Origin: Syntrophales bacterium
GTDB lineage: Bacteria; Desulfobacterota; Syntrophia; Syntrophales; UBA2210
DNA: 64,000 nt
Reading direction: 5' to 3'
Assembly: GCA_963662405.2 (NCBI GenBank)
Contig: CAXXKT010000001.1
Location: 1,856,001-1,920,000 of the forward strand
Under the pieces are notes generated by a model, which saw only the letters and a list, made by a program, of their open reading frames with translations, had not been told where the DNA came from and did not search any database. Positions 1 through 11,028 of this stretch are shown one piece after another. Position 1 is the stretch's first letter. The number at the start of each line of letters is the position of its first letter. The position numbers were made by a program, and so were the translations under genes.

Positions 1-2
1 GG

Positions 3-347
3 TATCTCGCGCCGGTAGGGTCCGACAGCTGGTACCAGAAGGGCGGAGAGTGCGCGCGGTATGCGCAGCAACCCATCGACGCAATGGCCATCGTGATGAT
101 GTTTTACCAGGCCTCTGTTGTGACCGGTGACAAACACTACCTTGACCGGATGGTTGCATCCTTCATGTGGTTTCTGGGTGAGAATGATATGCGGATCCCG
201 CTTTATGATTTTGAGACACGCGGCTGCTGCGACGGCCTTGAAAGCCGCGGGGTAAACCGGAATCAGGGTGCGGAGAGTATCCTGGCGTATCTCATCTCTC
301 ACCTGACGGTACTTCTGGCCCATGAGCGGGAGACTCTGATAGCCTGA
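3..347 (+). CDS. C-terminal part of a large glycosyltransferase-associated protein (5' truncated by the window)
   Basis: Frame open from base 3 (YLAPVGSDSWY..QQPID..WFLGEND..GCCDGL..NRNQGAES), resembling the C-terminus of long GT4 proteins found next to GH130 genes. Confidence 0.65.
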   Translation, partial: YLAPVGSDSWYQKGGECARYAQQPIDAMAIVMMFYQASVVTGDKHYLDRMVASFMWFLGENDMRIPLYDFETRGCCDGLESRGVNRNQGAESILAYLISHLTVLLAHERETLIA

Positions 348-431
348 CGTGAAGCTCAATCGTGTCCTGTTCTCACAGGGGACTGTGCCGGAGAAAGCCC
401 TTCCGCCTGCAATGATGCAAGGAGCTTTGAA

Positions 432-1361
432 ATGCCGATTATTCAAAGATATGAAAAGAATCCAATTTTAACGAGAAACGATGTGCCCTATCCCGTGGCA
501 ACAGTGCACAATGCCGGAGTGACCAGGTATAAGTGCAGATACATAATGATCTTCCGTTCGCATTTAACCAGCGGCCGCAGTATTTTAGGGCTGGCGGAAA
601 GTGATGACGGGGTTAGGTTTAAGGTTGCCGAAAAGCCCTTTATGACCCCGGCAACAGAAGGGATATTCCACATATATGAAGAATATGGCCTCGAAGACCC
701 CCGTATCACCTGTATCGATGATGAATATCTGATTACCTACAGCGCCTATTCCAGGCATGGCGCTCGCATCGGGCTGGCCCGAACAAGAGATTTTAAAAAA
801 ATAGAACGGATTTCTTTAATCACTGAGGCAGATTCGCGCAACCTGGCTATCTTTCCTGAAAAGATAGACGGTCTGTATGTCCGTCTGGACAGACCCCATT
901 CGGGGATAGCCCCCTGGTCCATCTGGATATCCTATTCTCCCGATCTTAAATACTGGGGGGACGCCCGGTTGATTATAAAACCAGCTCAATATCACTGGGA
1001 TGAGATGAAGATAGGACCCGGAGCTCCTCCAATCAAGACCGATCAGGGATGGCTGAATATCTATCACGGTGTCTTTCAGACCATGGCCGGCTCGGTTTAT
1101 CGCTTGGGGGTTGCACTTCATGATCTGACGGATCCCTCGATAATCAGGGGGATCAGTGACGGTTGGATACTCCAGCCGGAAGAAGAATGTGAGATTACCG
1201 GTTATGTCCCCAATGTCGTATTTACCTGCGGGGCGGTGGCAGAACCGGACGGCACGCTCAAGATCTACTGGGGCGCGGCCGATACCGTGATGTGCGTGGG
1301 TACGGCCGACATAAACGCCCTTGTTGACCTTTGTCTGAACAATTCCAGAGCGGCGGTGTGA
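432..1361 (+). CDS. GH130 family glycosidase/mannoside phosphorylase
   Basis: NPIL, EDPRIT, KIGPGAPP, YHGV and GYVPNVVF motifs; SD AGGAG. Confidence 0.9.
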   Translation: MPIIQRYEKNPILTRNDVPYPVATVHNAGVTRYKCRYIMIFRSHLTSGRSILGLAESDDGVRFKVAEKPFMTPATEGIFHIYEEYGLEDPRITCIDDEYLITYSAYSRHGARIGLARTRDFKKIERISLITEADSRNLAIFPEKIDGLYVRLDRPHSGIAPWSIWISYSPDLKYWGDARLIIKPAQYHWDEMKIGPGAPPIKTDQGWLNIYHGVFQTMAGSVYRLGVALHDLTDPSIIRGISDGWILQPEEECEITGYVPNVVFTCGAVAEPDGTLKIYWGAADTVMCVGTADINALVDLCLNNSRAAV

Positions 1362-1362
1362 G

Positions 1363-2376
1363 ATGAAGATTGCGGTCCTGGCTCCGATTTGCTGGAGAAC
1401 ACCACCGCGGCACTACGGGCCCTGGGAGCAGGTGGCATCGAATATTGCCGAGGGCCTCGTCTTGCGCGGACTGGATGTAACGCTTTTCGCAACGGGCGAT
1501 TCCCTGACCAGGGCAAAACTGGAATACATCTGCGAGCGGCCCTATGAAGAAGACAAGACCCTTGATCCAAAGGTATGGGAGTGTCTGCATATTGCACATC
1601 TAATGGAATGTGCCGATGAATTTGACATCATCCATAACAATTACGATTTTCTGCCCCTGACCTATTCTCGTTTGATCACAACGCCGATGGTGACCACTAT
1701 CCACGGGTTTTCCTCGCCACACATCATCCCGGTCTTCAAGGAGTACAACGATCATAATTATTTTGTATCCATCAGCAATGCGGACCGTTGCCTGGAATTG
1801 GAGTATATCGCCACGGTTTACAACGGCATTAACGTGGCCGACTTTACATTGAGGGAAGCCGTTGGCGAATATCTGTTATATTTCGGCAGGATACATCCTG
1901 ATAAAGGAACCCATGAAGCCATACAGATCGCTAAGAGGTTCAAGATGAGGCTTATTATTTCCGGGTTTATCCAGGATCAGAGATATTACGAAGAAAAGGT
2001 AGGCCCCTTTTTAAATGATGAGATTGTGTATGTCGGTAACTCGGGACCGGAAAAAAGAGATACATTACTTGGCAATGCATACGCCCTGCTTCATCCCATC
2101 AGTTTCGACGAGCCCTTTGGCTTAAGTGTGGCCGAATCGATGCTTTGCGGAACGCCGGTGGTTGCCTTTAATAAGGGCTCCATGCCGGAGCTGATCGTCC
2201 AGGAGAAGACCGGATTTTTGGTTGATACGGTGGATGAAGCCGCGTACGCCTTAAAAGACGTACGGCAGATTGACCGCACATACTGTCGGAGGTGGGCCGA
2301 AAAGAATTTCAGTCAGGAAAAAATGGTTGATGATTATATCGAAGTTTACCGCAAGATAGTGGGTAATGCCTGCTGA
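1363..2376 (+). CDS. Glycosyltransferase family 4
   Basis: PPRHYGPWE, GRIHPDKG and EPFGLSVAES motifs. Confidence 0.9.
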   Translation: MKIAVLAPICWRTPPRHYGPWEQVASNIAEGLVLRGLDVTLFATGDSLTRAKLEYICERPYEEDKTLDPKVWECLHIAHLMECADEFDIIHNNYDFLPLTYSRLITTPMVTTIHGFSSPHIIPVFKEYNDHNYFVSISNADRCLELEYIATVYNGINVADFTLREAVGEYLLYFGRIHPDKGTHEAIQIAKRFKMRLIISGFIQDQRYYEEKVGPFLNDEIVYVGNSGPEKRDTLLGNAYALLHPISFDEPFGLSVAESMLCGTPVVAFNKGSMPELIVQEKTGFLVDTVDEAAYALKDVRQIDRTYCRRWAEKNFSQEKMVDDYIEVYRKIVGNAC

Positions 2377-2434
2377 TTGTGCCTGGTAAACCATTATTAA
2401 AGCCTGTAATTCTTAAAAACAGCTACCAGCCTCC

Positions 2435-3910
2435 TCAATCATTCAACAGTTTGTCTAAAAGCTCATCCATCCGGACCATGGCGAAGCCCGAGGCGGAATC
2501 GGACATCCCGTACGGTATGATCAGATCACCATTACGAATGAGAGAACCACAGGAATAGACGACATTTGGGACGTAGCCCTCCCTCTCTTCCTCGTTGGCC
2601 ACCAGCAAGGGTTTCCGAAGCTGCCCGATGATTTTGGAGGGATCCTCCAGGTCGAGCAGAACGGCCCCCAGGCTGTACCTCCTCATCGGACCCACCCCAT
2701 GGGTGATCATCAGCCACCCCTTCTCCGTTTCGAGGGGCGAGCCGCAATTGCCCAGCTGAATAAATTCCCAGGGATACCGGGGCTCCTGTATTTTCTTGGC
2801 ATCGTGCCATACATGAATGTCATCGGAGAACATCAGGTAATTATTGACCCCGTCGTAGCGGGAGATCATGGCGTACAGCCCCCTGATCTTTCTCGGAAAG
2901 AGCGCCAGGTTCTTGTTCTGGACATACTCGCCATGGATCGGGCGTATCTTGAAATGATAGAAGTCTTTCGTTTCTATCGATTTAGGCAGGATGGTATATC
3001 CGTCATAGGCCGTGTATGTCGCAAAGTAGGTAATGCTGCCGTCATCATCGATAAATTTTACGAACCGCGCGTCTTCGATGCCGTTGCTTTCATGGGCGGA
3101 GACCGGGAAAATGACACGTTCCGACAGGTCGGTATCCAAGGAGAAGGCGATTTCGTAATGGGAACTGGCTAGCCAGTTGATGGAATCGATCACCTTTTTC
3201 TTGGTGTAGGTGAGGGGTATGTCTCTGGTGACCTCGGCGATGCTTTTTTGGAGGTCGCGATAGAGGAACTTACCTTCCAGCTTGTCCATAACGGGGCCGA
3301 TTATGTCCTTTTGGATATTCATCTCGTGCAGTTTTTCCAGAAACTGCTCCTTGTCATACACGTGGAGCTTCAGGGCCTCGGGCAGATCAACAAATCTTCC
3401 GGCCGGTTTGAAGATCAGCTCATTGTTCCGGGTAAGGATGCCGCTCCTGAAGACGATGGATGAGATATGCCCCTCCCCGACCGCGCGAAAACTGACGATA
3501 ACGCGTTTTTCCCCCTCTTCTCGGTTCCCCTGGTTTGGGTCTTCTATCATTGAGGGATTAAAAAAGGCGGCAGCTTCAATGGCGTATTCCAAGGTAAAGT
3601 AGGACCCGATCAGCAGTTTTCTCTTGAGAGACAGGGGGCTCGGGAATATGCCGGGATCCGATGCCAGGATGTCTTTGACGGTATCAAAATTTTTCTCAAA
3701 TATTTTTGTGATATTGCGGTGCCGGATTGAAAAATCAGCCAGGACTTCGTTGAGTGCCAGACCCACCTCCTGGTCGGAGAAGGCCAATATCCGGTTGATG
3801 ATAATTTTTGCCCTCTTCCCATCGCCGGATCCGGGCAGATAGAACTTGGCAATGACCCGCGTGGGGTCCGGATAAAATTTATTCGGTAATCGTTTTACAG
3901 TTACGGCCAT
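2435..3910 (-). CDS. Long-form GH130 family glycosidase
   Basis: NGIEDARF, KNLALFP, GNCGSP and GYVPNVVYSCG motifs with an N-terminal extension. Confidence 0.85.
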   Translation of the reverse strand: MAVTVKRLPNKFYPDPTRVIAKFYLPGSGDGKRAKIIINRILAFSDQEVGLALNEVLADFSIRHRNITKIFEKNFDTVKDILASDPGIFPSPLSLKRKLLIGSYFTLEYAIEAAAFFNPSMIEDPNQGNREEGEKRVIVSFRAVGEGHISSIVFRSGILTRNNELIFKPAGRFVDLPEALKLHVYDKEQFLEKLHEMNIQKDIIGPVMDKLEGKFLYRDLQKSIAEVTRDIPLTYTKKKVIDSINWLASSHYEIAFSLDTDLSERVIFPVSAHESNGIEDARFVKFIDDDGSITYFATYTAYDGYTILPKSIETKDFYHFKIRPIHGEYVQNKNLALFPRKIRGLYAMISRYDGVNNYLMFSDDIHVWHDAKKIQEPRYPWEFIQLGNCGSPLETEKGWLMITHGVGPMRRYSLGAVLLDLEDPSKIIGQLRKPLLVANEEEREGYVPNVVYSCGSLIRNGDLIIPYGMSDSASGFAMVRMDELLDKLLND

Positions 3911-3986
3911 GACTCCCTCGTTCCGGGATACATCCGGTGGATGCGTGCCCTATCTCCTTCTTGCTTGACCCGGTCAAAGATCGGTG

Positions 3987-4796
3987 CTATTTCCGACCCA
4001 GCTCCTTTGAACGACGTGTCGCGGCCGCGACCGCGGCTGCGATGGTCTCCCGGATATTCCCGTTGTCCAGCGCCTTGATCCCTTCGATGGTGGTGCCGCC
4101 GGGGGAGGTGACCATCGCGGTCAACTGGGCCGGTGTCTTCTCCCCCTTGAGGCACAGCTTCGCGGCGCCCAGCATGGTCTGGGCCGCCAGTTTCAGTGCG
4201 GTCTCGCGCTCAAGTCCCTGGCTGATTCCGGCATCCGCGAGCGCCTTGATGATGATAAATCCATAAGCGGGGCCGCTCCCGCTCAGGCCCGTAACCGCAT
4301 CGATCAGATCTTCTCCGACGACGACGGTCGTTCCGACGGAATCGAATATCCGGCGGGCATTCGCAACATCATCCTCCGTGGCCTTCCCCCCCCCGGCGAG
4401 GGCCGTCGCCCCTTCCCCGATCAGGGCCGGTGTGTTCGGCATCACTCTAATGACCCGTGTCTCTTTCCCCAGGTGTCCCTCGAGGAATCCGATGGTGATC
4501 CCGGCCGCGATGGAGATGAAGAGCTGATTCGCCACCGCGTCGGCGATGCTTTGCAGGACCTCCTCCATATTCTGGGGTTTGACCGCCAGGATGACGATAT
4601 CGGCATCTTGCACGGCCTCACCGATGTCCTCCGTGGTATTGACGTGGTGAGTATCTCTGAAGTGATCGAGCCGTTCCGGACATATATCATGTATCGTTAG
4701 ATCTTCCGGCCGTGCCACCCCCCCCGCGATCATTCCTCCCGCGAGGGCCTCCCCCATATTCCCTCCCCCTATCATGCATATCTTCTCGTGCGACAT
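3987..4796 (-). CDS. proC: Pyrroline-5-carboxylate reductase
   Basis: IGGGNMG, RVMPNTP, SGSGPAY and VTSPGGTT motifs. Confidence 0.97.
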   Translation of the reverse strand: MSHEKICMIGGGNMGEALAGGMIAGGVARPEDLTIHDICPERLDHFRDTHHVNTTEDIGEAVQDADIVILAVKPQNMEEVLQSIADAVANQLFISIAAGITIGFLEGHLGKETRVIRVMPNTPALIGEGATALAGGGKATEDDVANARRIFDSVGTTVVVGEDLIDAVTGLSGSGPAYGFIIIKALADAGISQGLERETALKLAAQTMLGAAKLCLKGEKTPAQLTAMVTSPGGTTIEGIKALDNGNIRETIAAAVAAATRRSKELGRK

Positions 4797-4918
4797 CGTG
4801 CTGCGGTAACCTCCCTCTCTGCCGCAAGGGCAAAGCCGTTGCCCCTCACGGAAAACAGATCTTGACTTTTAAGACGGCACTTACTATTCATAACTTATTT
4901 TAATACAAAGGGGAAGAG

Positions 4919-5218
4919 ATGTTTGTCATAGGGAACTTCATTGAGGCACTTGCGAGGATTCTTGATCTGGGCCTGACGATATATATGTGGCTTATTATCA
5001 TACGGGCCATTATCTCCTGGGTCAATCCCGACCCCTATAATCCTATCGTCCGTTTTTTGTATAAGGCCACGGAACCGGTACTCTACCAGGTCCGGAGGTT
5101 AATCCCGATGCGGGGAATCGGCATCGACTTTTCACCGATTATCGTGATCATAGTGATCGTATTCCTCCAGAGCTTTCTCGTGAGGACCTTGCTGCAGTTC
5201 GCGGTCACGTTCAGATAG
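4919..5218 (+). CDS. yggT: YggT family membrane protein
   Basis: SWVNPDPYNPIVRFL..TEP..IDFSP; next to proC. Confidence 0.92.
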   Translation: MFVIGNFIEALARILDLGLTIYMWLIIIRAIISWVNPDPYNPIVRFLYKATEPVLYQVRRLIPMRGIGIDFSPIIVIIVIVFLQSFLVRTLLQFAVTFR

Positions 5219-5247
5219 CGGAGTTCCATTCGAGAAAAAGGGCTTTC

Positions 5248-5529
5248 ATGATCCCGGTGGGCGAAACAACGGATGGCGTCGTATTCAATATCAGGGTTAT
5301 CCCGCGCTCATCCAGGTGTGAGCTTGTCGGTATCCAGGGAGATGCCCTGAAGGTCAGGATCACGGCACCACCCGTCGAGGGGGCGGCGAATAAGGAATGC
5401 ATCCGCTTCCTCTCGGATATTCTGGGCGTGAAGCGTTCTCAGGTACGGATTGTAGCCGGGCATCGATCAAAAAACAAAAAGGTCTCCATCTCGGGAATAC
5501 ACAGAAAAGATGTCGAGGCCGTCATGTAA
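5248..5529 (+). CDS. DUF167 (YggU) family protein
   Basis: LKVRITAPPVEGAAN..GHRSKNK. Confidence 0.9.
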   Translation: MIPVGETTDGVVFNIRVIPRSSRCELVGIQGDALKVRITAPPVEGAANKECIRFLSDILGVKRSQVRIVAGHRSKNKKVSISGIHRKDVEAVM

Positions 5530-5558
5530 GAGAAGCCTGAGGGGGAGTCCTGCCGGGT

Positions 5559-7640
5559 ATGCGAGGTGATTGGTTCCGAGATACCTTAAGAGAGAATCTG
5601 CAGAAACGACTTGTTCTGGGATTTCTGGTGGCCACCTGTCTCACCGGCGTGGTGGCCACACTCGTCGGTATCCATATTATCAGTAGTCGCACCATGGATG
5701 AGGCACAGAGGAAGGTTCAGCAGGACATCAATACCGCAAAACTCGTCTATGGACACAATCTGGAACGGCTTATGTTTCAGGTTCGTTGTGTCGCTCTGCG
5801 ATCCCCTCTCGGAGAGACGATTTCTTCCGGCACTGTCTCCCCTCTGGATGATCTGAAGAAACTTGTCCGGAGTGGGGTGGAGACGCCGGATGAACAGGGG
5901 GCCGGTTGCATCTGTATTGACATGATGTCGCTGGTGAATGCCGACGGGGTTGTTTTGTACCGTCCTTCCAACCCGTCTGTACAGGGAGATTCTCTGCTGT
6001 GGGATCCGGTGGTTCGGAGGTGTCTTGAAGAAAAGACTCCCATCTCGTCAACAGAACTGATCTCCGTGGAACGGATCCTCAGGGAGAACCCTCACCTCGC
6101 GGATCGCCTTACCATACCGATCATCAAAACACCCCAATCAATCGAAACCAGTGGGCAGAGGCTCACCGAGGGGATGGCCCTCCGGGCGGCCTATCCCGTC
6201 TTCGACGCGCAGGGTGATCTCAAGGGGGCGCTTGTCGGGGGAGTGCTCCTGAACAGAGACTATTCCATGGTCGATAAGATTAAGGCAACGGTATACCATG
6301 ACGAAAAATATAAAACCCTTGATATGGGATTTGCCACTATATTCCAGGGGGGAGTGCGCATCTCGACCAACGTGACGACCGAAGATTCAAAGCGGGCAAT
6401 CGGCACGGTCGTCTCCAAGGAGGTATACGAGCAGGTTGTTCGGGGGGGGGAAGACTGGGTCGGGAGGGCCTTTGTCGTCAATGACTGGTATCTCAGTTCC
6501 TATGTGCCGATCTACGATATCGACCATACCATCATCGGGATGCTCTATGTGGGGATACTGGAGGAGAAATACCGCGACATGAGGCTCAATGCCCTGTGGA
6601 TCTTTCTCGGAATCACGACACTTGGGATGATTGTCGCTTTTATCATTTCCTTCCGCATAGGGCACTCCATTATCGAACGAATTCGGATCCTGAAACAGGC
6701 CACGGAGACTATTGCCACCGGCGATCTCGATTATCGACTTCCCTGCAGCACGACATCCGATTTCGGAGTGCTGGACGAGGCCTTCAACGATATGGTCACG
6801 TCGCTTCGGGATCGCGACGAGCGGTTGAAAAAGGCTCTTCAGCAACTGACGCAGACGGAGCGTCTGGTGTCTCTCGGACAAATGGCCGCCGGCGTTGCCC
6901 ACGAGATGAACAATCCACTCGGCGGTATCCTCCTCTACAGCAATCTCGTCCTGGAAGAACTTTCCGAAGACAGCACGGCGCGGGAAAATATAAACAAGAT
7001 CGTCTATCAGACGAACCGGTGCAAGGAAATCGTTCAGAACCTCCTGGACTTTGCCCGGACCCCCTCAGGTGAGATGGTCCCTCTCGACATCAATGAAGTG
7101 CTTCTCACGTGTCTCAGCCTGGTGAAGGATCAATCGATGTTTCACGGGATAGCGATCGAGACGGCCTTTGCGGATGGGCTTCCCCGGGTGAACGGTGACC
7201 GATCCCGATTGGAGCAGGTCTTTCTGAATCTCTTTATCAATGCCTCTGATTCGATGGAGCCAGCGGGGACACTAACGGTGGCGACAAAACTGGTCAGCCG
7301 ATTTCCTGTCAACCGGGATGAAACGGAGATAGAACGGATCTGTCTGTTGGCCAGTCCTTATACCATCAAGATTACCATCTCGGATACGGGAAAAGGGATC
7401 GATAAGGCCTATCTTTCCCATATCTTTGAACCGTTCTTTACGACGAAGGATCCCGGGCAGGGGACCGGCCTGGGCCTGTCCATCGCCTACGGAATCGTCC
7501 GCAAACATGAGGGGTTCATCGATGTGGAGAGCGAACCGGGCCGTGGAACGACCTTTTTTATTTTTCTGCCTGCTACGGAAAGTGGCGCACCACCGTGGGG
7601 AACGGGTTATGGAGGAAATAACGGTTGGCTGAGAAAATAG
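5559..7640 (+). CDS. Membrane sensor histidine kinase (Cache-HAMP-HisKA-HATPase)
   Basis: Two TM segments, H-box AHEMNNP, FFTTK..GTGLGL. Confidence 0.92.
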   Translation: MRGDWFRDTLRENLQKRLVLGFLVATCLTGVVATLVGIHIISSRTMDEAQRKVQQDINTAKLVYGHNLERLMFQVRCVALRSPLGETISSGTVSPLDDLKKLVRSGVETPDEQGAGCICIDMMSLVNADGVVLYRPSNPSVQGDSLLWDPVVRRCLEEKTPISSTELISVERILRENPHLADRLTIPIIKTPQSIETSGQRLTEGMALRAAYPVFDAQGDLKGALVGGVLLNRDYSMVDKIKATVYHDEKYKTLDMGFATIFQGGVRISTNVTTEDSKRAIGTVVSKEVYEQVVRGGEDWVGRAFVVNDWYLSSYVPIYDIDHTIIGMLYVGILEEKYRDMRLNALWIFLGITTLGMIVAFIISFRIGHSIIERIRILKQATETIATGDLDYRLPCSTTSDFGVLDEAFNDMVTSLRDRDERLKKALQQLTQTERLVSLGQMAAGVAHEMNNPLGGILLYSNLVLEELSEDSTARENINKIVYQTNRCKEIVQNLLDFARTPSGEMVPLDINEVLLTCLSLVKDQSMFHGIAIETAFADGLPRVNGDRSRLEQVFLNLFINASDSMEPAGTLTVATKLVSRFPVNRDETEIERICLLASPYTIKITISDTGKGIDKAYLSHIFEPFFTTKDPGQGTGLGLSIAYGIVRKHEGFIDVESEPGRGTTFFIFLPATESGAPPWGTGYGGNNGWLRK

Positions 7641-8972
7641 GGAAGGTGTTGATTGTCGATGACGAGGCATCCATACGTGACGGATGCCGACAGGTGCTCT
7701 CGCGGATGGGGTATGCGGTCGATGATACGGCGGATGCCGGCAGCGGTCTGGAGATGGCCCTTGGTGACACCTATGATCTGATCCTCCTCGATGTGAAGCT
7801 GCCCAAGGTCAGCGGCTTGGAAATCCTGAAAAAGATTAAAGTCGATTCCGCAATCTCAGCGAAGGTTATCATTATTACCGGCTACGGGACCATCGAGATG
7901 GCGGTGGAGGCGATGCGGGAGGGGGCGTCAGATTTCCTGGCGAAGCCGTTTAGCCCTGTCGAACTGCGGAAGGCGGTCGCGGGCGCCCTGAAGGCCCGTG
8001 AGAGGCAACCACCGGAGGATGACCCACTTCCCGAGCTTATCGGCGACAGTGCCTGTATCCGAAAGCTCAAGGATATCATCAGGAGGGTGGCTCACACCGA
8101 CAGCACGGTCCTGATTACGGGAGAAAGCGGTACGGGAAAGGAACTGGTGGCGGGGGCGATACAGAAACTCAGTGCCCGAAAGAATGGACCCTTCGTCCCC
8201 GTCGATTGTTCATCCCTGGTTGAAAATCTGATGGAAAGTGAGCTGTTCGGGCATGTGAAGGGGGCCTTCAGCGGCGCGACGCAATCGCGGGAAGGGCGCT
8301 TTCAGGCAGCTGATGGGGGGGACGCTTTTTCTTGACGAAATATCCAATGTTTCTCTCGGTACCCAGGCCAAGCTCCTGCGGGTTATTCAGGAGGGAGAGG
8401 TGCCGCGGGTCGGCAGTTCAGGGATCGACACGGTCGATGTCAGGTTCATAGCGGCAACCAACAAGGACCTCCGGGCGCTGGTGGCGGCCGGCGATTTCCG
8501 TGAAGACCTCTTTTACCGGATATCGGTCGTCCCGGTAGAGATACCACCCCTCAGAGAGCATCCGTCGGATATCATTCCGATTGCCCAACATTATCTTGAC
8601 CTTTTTACCGAGAAACATCAGGGAAAGGGCCGCCGATTTTCAAAGGAGGCCCGGCAATCGCTGATATCGTACACCTGGCCTGGCAATGTCAGGGAGGTCA
8701 GGAACACGATGGAACGTCTCTCGGTCCTCTCCGACAGCGAGACCATTGGTCTCTCCGACATCCTCTACTACGGGCAGGAGGAGAGCGCGAGGCCCCCCGT
8801 AGGGGACCCCCAGACCGGGCGCATGAAGCTCGTGGATGTCGAAAAGGAACATATCACAAGGGCCCTGAAACATTTTCATTTCCAGATCGGCAAGACGGCA
8901 ACCTTTCTCGGTATCGACCGAAAGACCCTGAGAACAAAGATCAAAAATTACGGTATCGAAACGGAAGAATAG
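7625..8972 (+). pseudogene. Sigma54-dependent NtrC-type response regulator, frameshifted (or sequencing error)
   Basis: 7625-8335 holds [11 protein letters not shown] and GAFSGA; 8313-8972 continues with TLFLDEI, WPGNVRE and a Fis HTH. Removing one G from G7 at 8315-8321 restores [10 protein letters not shown]. Confidence 0.88.
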
Positions 8973-9127
8973 AAAATTTTCATTCTCCCGTCTTGCAACT
9001 CATCAGCGATTTTGCCTCGGTCGAATGGGGAGCTTTTCCTCCACCATGGGGCAATATGCCCCCCGGAGAGAGGTCCCTGAGAGATGGCGGAGTAATGATA
9101 TTGAATAGTTAACAGTGATTGACTTTG

Positions 9128-9143
9128 CGGCACCGGATTTGCA
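9128..9143 (+). promoter_or_regulatory. Sigma54 -24/-12 promoter
   Basis: CGGCAC-CGGAT-TTGCA with exact GG-N10-GC spacing, 38 nt before the 9181 ATG. Confidence 0.75.
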
Positions 9144-9180
9144 TTCTCAGGGGGTAAATCAAAAAAGGAGGTGACGAGTC

Positions 9181-9567
9181 ATGACCGCGAAAAAAAAGAT
9201 ACTGTTGATCGATGATGACCAGGATTTTCTGATGGCGACCAAGCTGATTCTTGAAAAGAGCGGATATGAGGTGTCCCAGGCTGAGAATGGCAAGAGCGGC
9301 ATTGAGATGATACAGTCCGTTGCTCCCGATCTGGCCATTGTTGATATGATGATGGAGACATGGGGGGAAGGCTTTAATGTGATCTCAGAGGTCCGTTCTA
9401 TGGAGAGGGGAAAGACTCTACCCCTGATTATCCTCAGTGGTGTTGATCTCCAGGGTCCATATCAGTCATTTGAGCCGTCTGATGAATTTCCAAAAGTAGA
9501 TTTGATATTGCATAAACCGGTCAAGGCCGATGACCTGATTCATCATATAGAATCTCTGTTGAGGTAA
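9181..9567 (+). CDS. Single-domain response regulator
   Basis: LLIDDD, acceptor D in IVDMMM, KP motif; SD AAGGAGG. Confidence 0.9.
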   Translation: MTAKKKILLIDDDQDFLMATKLILEKSGYEVSQAENGKSGIEMIQSVAPDLAIVDMMMETWGEGFNVISEVRSMERGKTLPLIILSGVDLQGPYQSFEPSDEFPKVDLILHKPVKADDLIHHIESLLR

Positions 9568-9572
9568 AGGCC

Positions 9573-10670
9573 ATGTTGCAGACCCACGAGGGGTTGGTCC
9601 TTATCATCGATGATGAGGAGACCATACGGGACGGTTGCCGGCAGGTCTTGGAGAGATCCGGGTATGTGGTCATGACCGCTGCGGAGGGTTCGGAGGGCAT
9701 CAAGATTGCCAGGGAACAGTACCCTGGTCTGGTCTTTGTAGATCTGAAACTGCCCGGCATGTCGGGACTGGATGTTATTGACATCCTGCTCGAGGATATC
9801 CCTCACATCGTACTGGTGGTGATTACCGGTTATGCCTCCATCCTCTCCGCGGTGGAGTCCATGAAACGGGGGGCATATGACTATCTCCCCAAGCCCTTTA
9901 CCCCGGATCAGCTCAGGGCCGTCACGAAAAGAGGGCTTGAACATCATGCCCTCACCATCGAGGCGGAGCGTCTGCGCGAAGCGCAAGAGAAGATGACGAA
10001 GGACTTTATTACTTTTGTCAGTCACGAGATGCGTTCTCCCCTGGTGACGGTTCAGCAGTCCATCGAGTCCTTGAAGGTAGTGGCTGCTGATTGCCTGAAC
10101 GACGAGGCGCAAGAAATTATTGCACGGTGTGAAAAACGGATTCGGAATCTTGAGGATCTGGTAGAACACTGGCTTGATATCCGGCACATAGAAGGAGGAA
10201 CGCTGATACAGGAGAAGGGACTCCTCGAACTTGCAGGAGTGATGCAGCGCAGTTTGGAGGATATGGCTCCGCTCTGTGAAAAGAGAGGTATTGCCGTCAC
10301 GCGTGATATCCCGGATGATCTGCCCATGATCATCGGAGATACGGAGAGCCTGGTGCGAGTCTTCGTGAATATTATCGGCAACGCGACGAAGTATACCCCT
10401 GACGGGGGGACCATAACCGTTCGCGTCGGGTATGATGATCATTACGTCAATGTGATGATCTCAGATACCGGGAGGGGGATTCCCAAAGACAAGATTCCCT
10501 TTATATTCGAACCTTTTTACCGAGTAAAGGAAAGGGGGGAACAGATCGAGGGGTCCGGTTTGGGTTTGACCTTTTGCAAACGGATCATGGATGCCCACGG
10601 TGGGAAGATAGCCGTCTCTTCAAAGGAGGGCAAGGGAACGACGTTTGATCTCAAGTTTCCACGGCAATGA
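9573..10670 (+). CDS. Hybrid receiver-histidine kinase
   Basis: REC domain, then SHEMRSP, NATKY and GSGLGL. Confidence 0.92.
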   Translation: MLQTHEGLVLIIDDEETIRDGCRQVLERSGYVVMTAAEGSEGIKIAREQYPGLVFVDLKLPGMSGLDVIDILLEDIPHIVLVVITGYASILSAVESMKRGAYDYLPKPFTPDQLRAVTKRGLEHHALTIEAERLREAQEKMTKDFITFVSHEMRSPLVTVQQSIESLKVVAADCLNDEAQEIIARCEKRIRNLEDLVEHWLDIRHIEGGTLIQEKGLLELAGVMQRSLEDMAPLCEKRGIAVTRDIPDDLPMIIGDTESLVRVFVNIIGNATKYTPDGGTITVRVGYDDHYVNVMISDTGRGIPKDKIPFIFEPFYRVKERGEQIEGSGLGLTFCKRIMDAHGGKIAVSSKEGKGTTFDLKFPRQ

Positions 10671-10732
10671 TCTCTGAACTCGAAGGATGAGGTCTCTGGC
10701 AGGTTGTACACGATACATTGAGGCGGCGGATT

Positions 10733-10993
10733 ATGAAGTGTTACGACGAAGGGTATTACGAACGTCACGAGAACGATATGTCTGACACGTGTTTCTTGTG
10801 CGGAGAGGCGTCCAAGAAATTGGCCGTTGTCCGGCATGTTGCAAGTATGAAGATGGTACATCTGTGCCCCGAATGCATGGTTATCCGGACGTCCGAGTAC
10901 CTCCTTGACAACACGAGGGCCTGGAAAGGTAAGGTGGGGAAAGAAGAGCGTGAAGAAGCCCTGAAAGTTTTTCGGGTGGGGCAGGGGAAGTAG
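10733..10993 (+). CDS. Small hypothetical protein, possible Zn ribbon
   Basis: GAGGCGG before ATG 10733; CFLC..CPEC cysteine pairs. Confidence 0.55.
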   Translation: MKCYDEGYYERHENDMSDTCFLCGEASKKLAVVRHVASMKMVHLCPECMVIRTSEYLLDNTRAWKGKVGKEEREEALKVFRVGQGK

Positions 10994-11028
10994 CGGTGAA
11001 GCGTCGCCACTCCCCCTTCAATTTTTTG

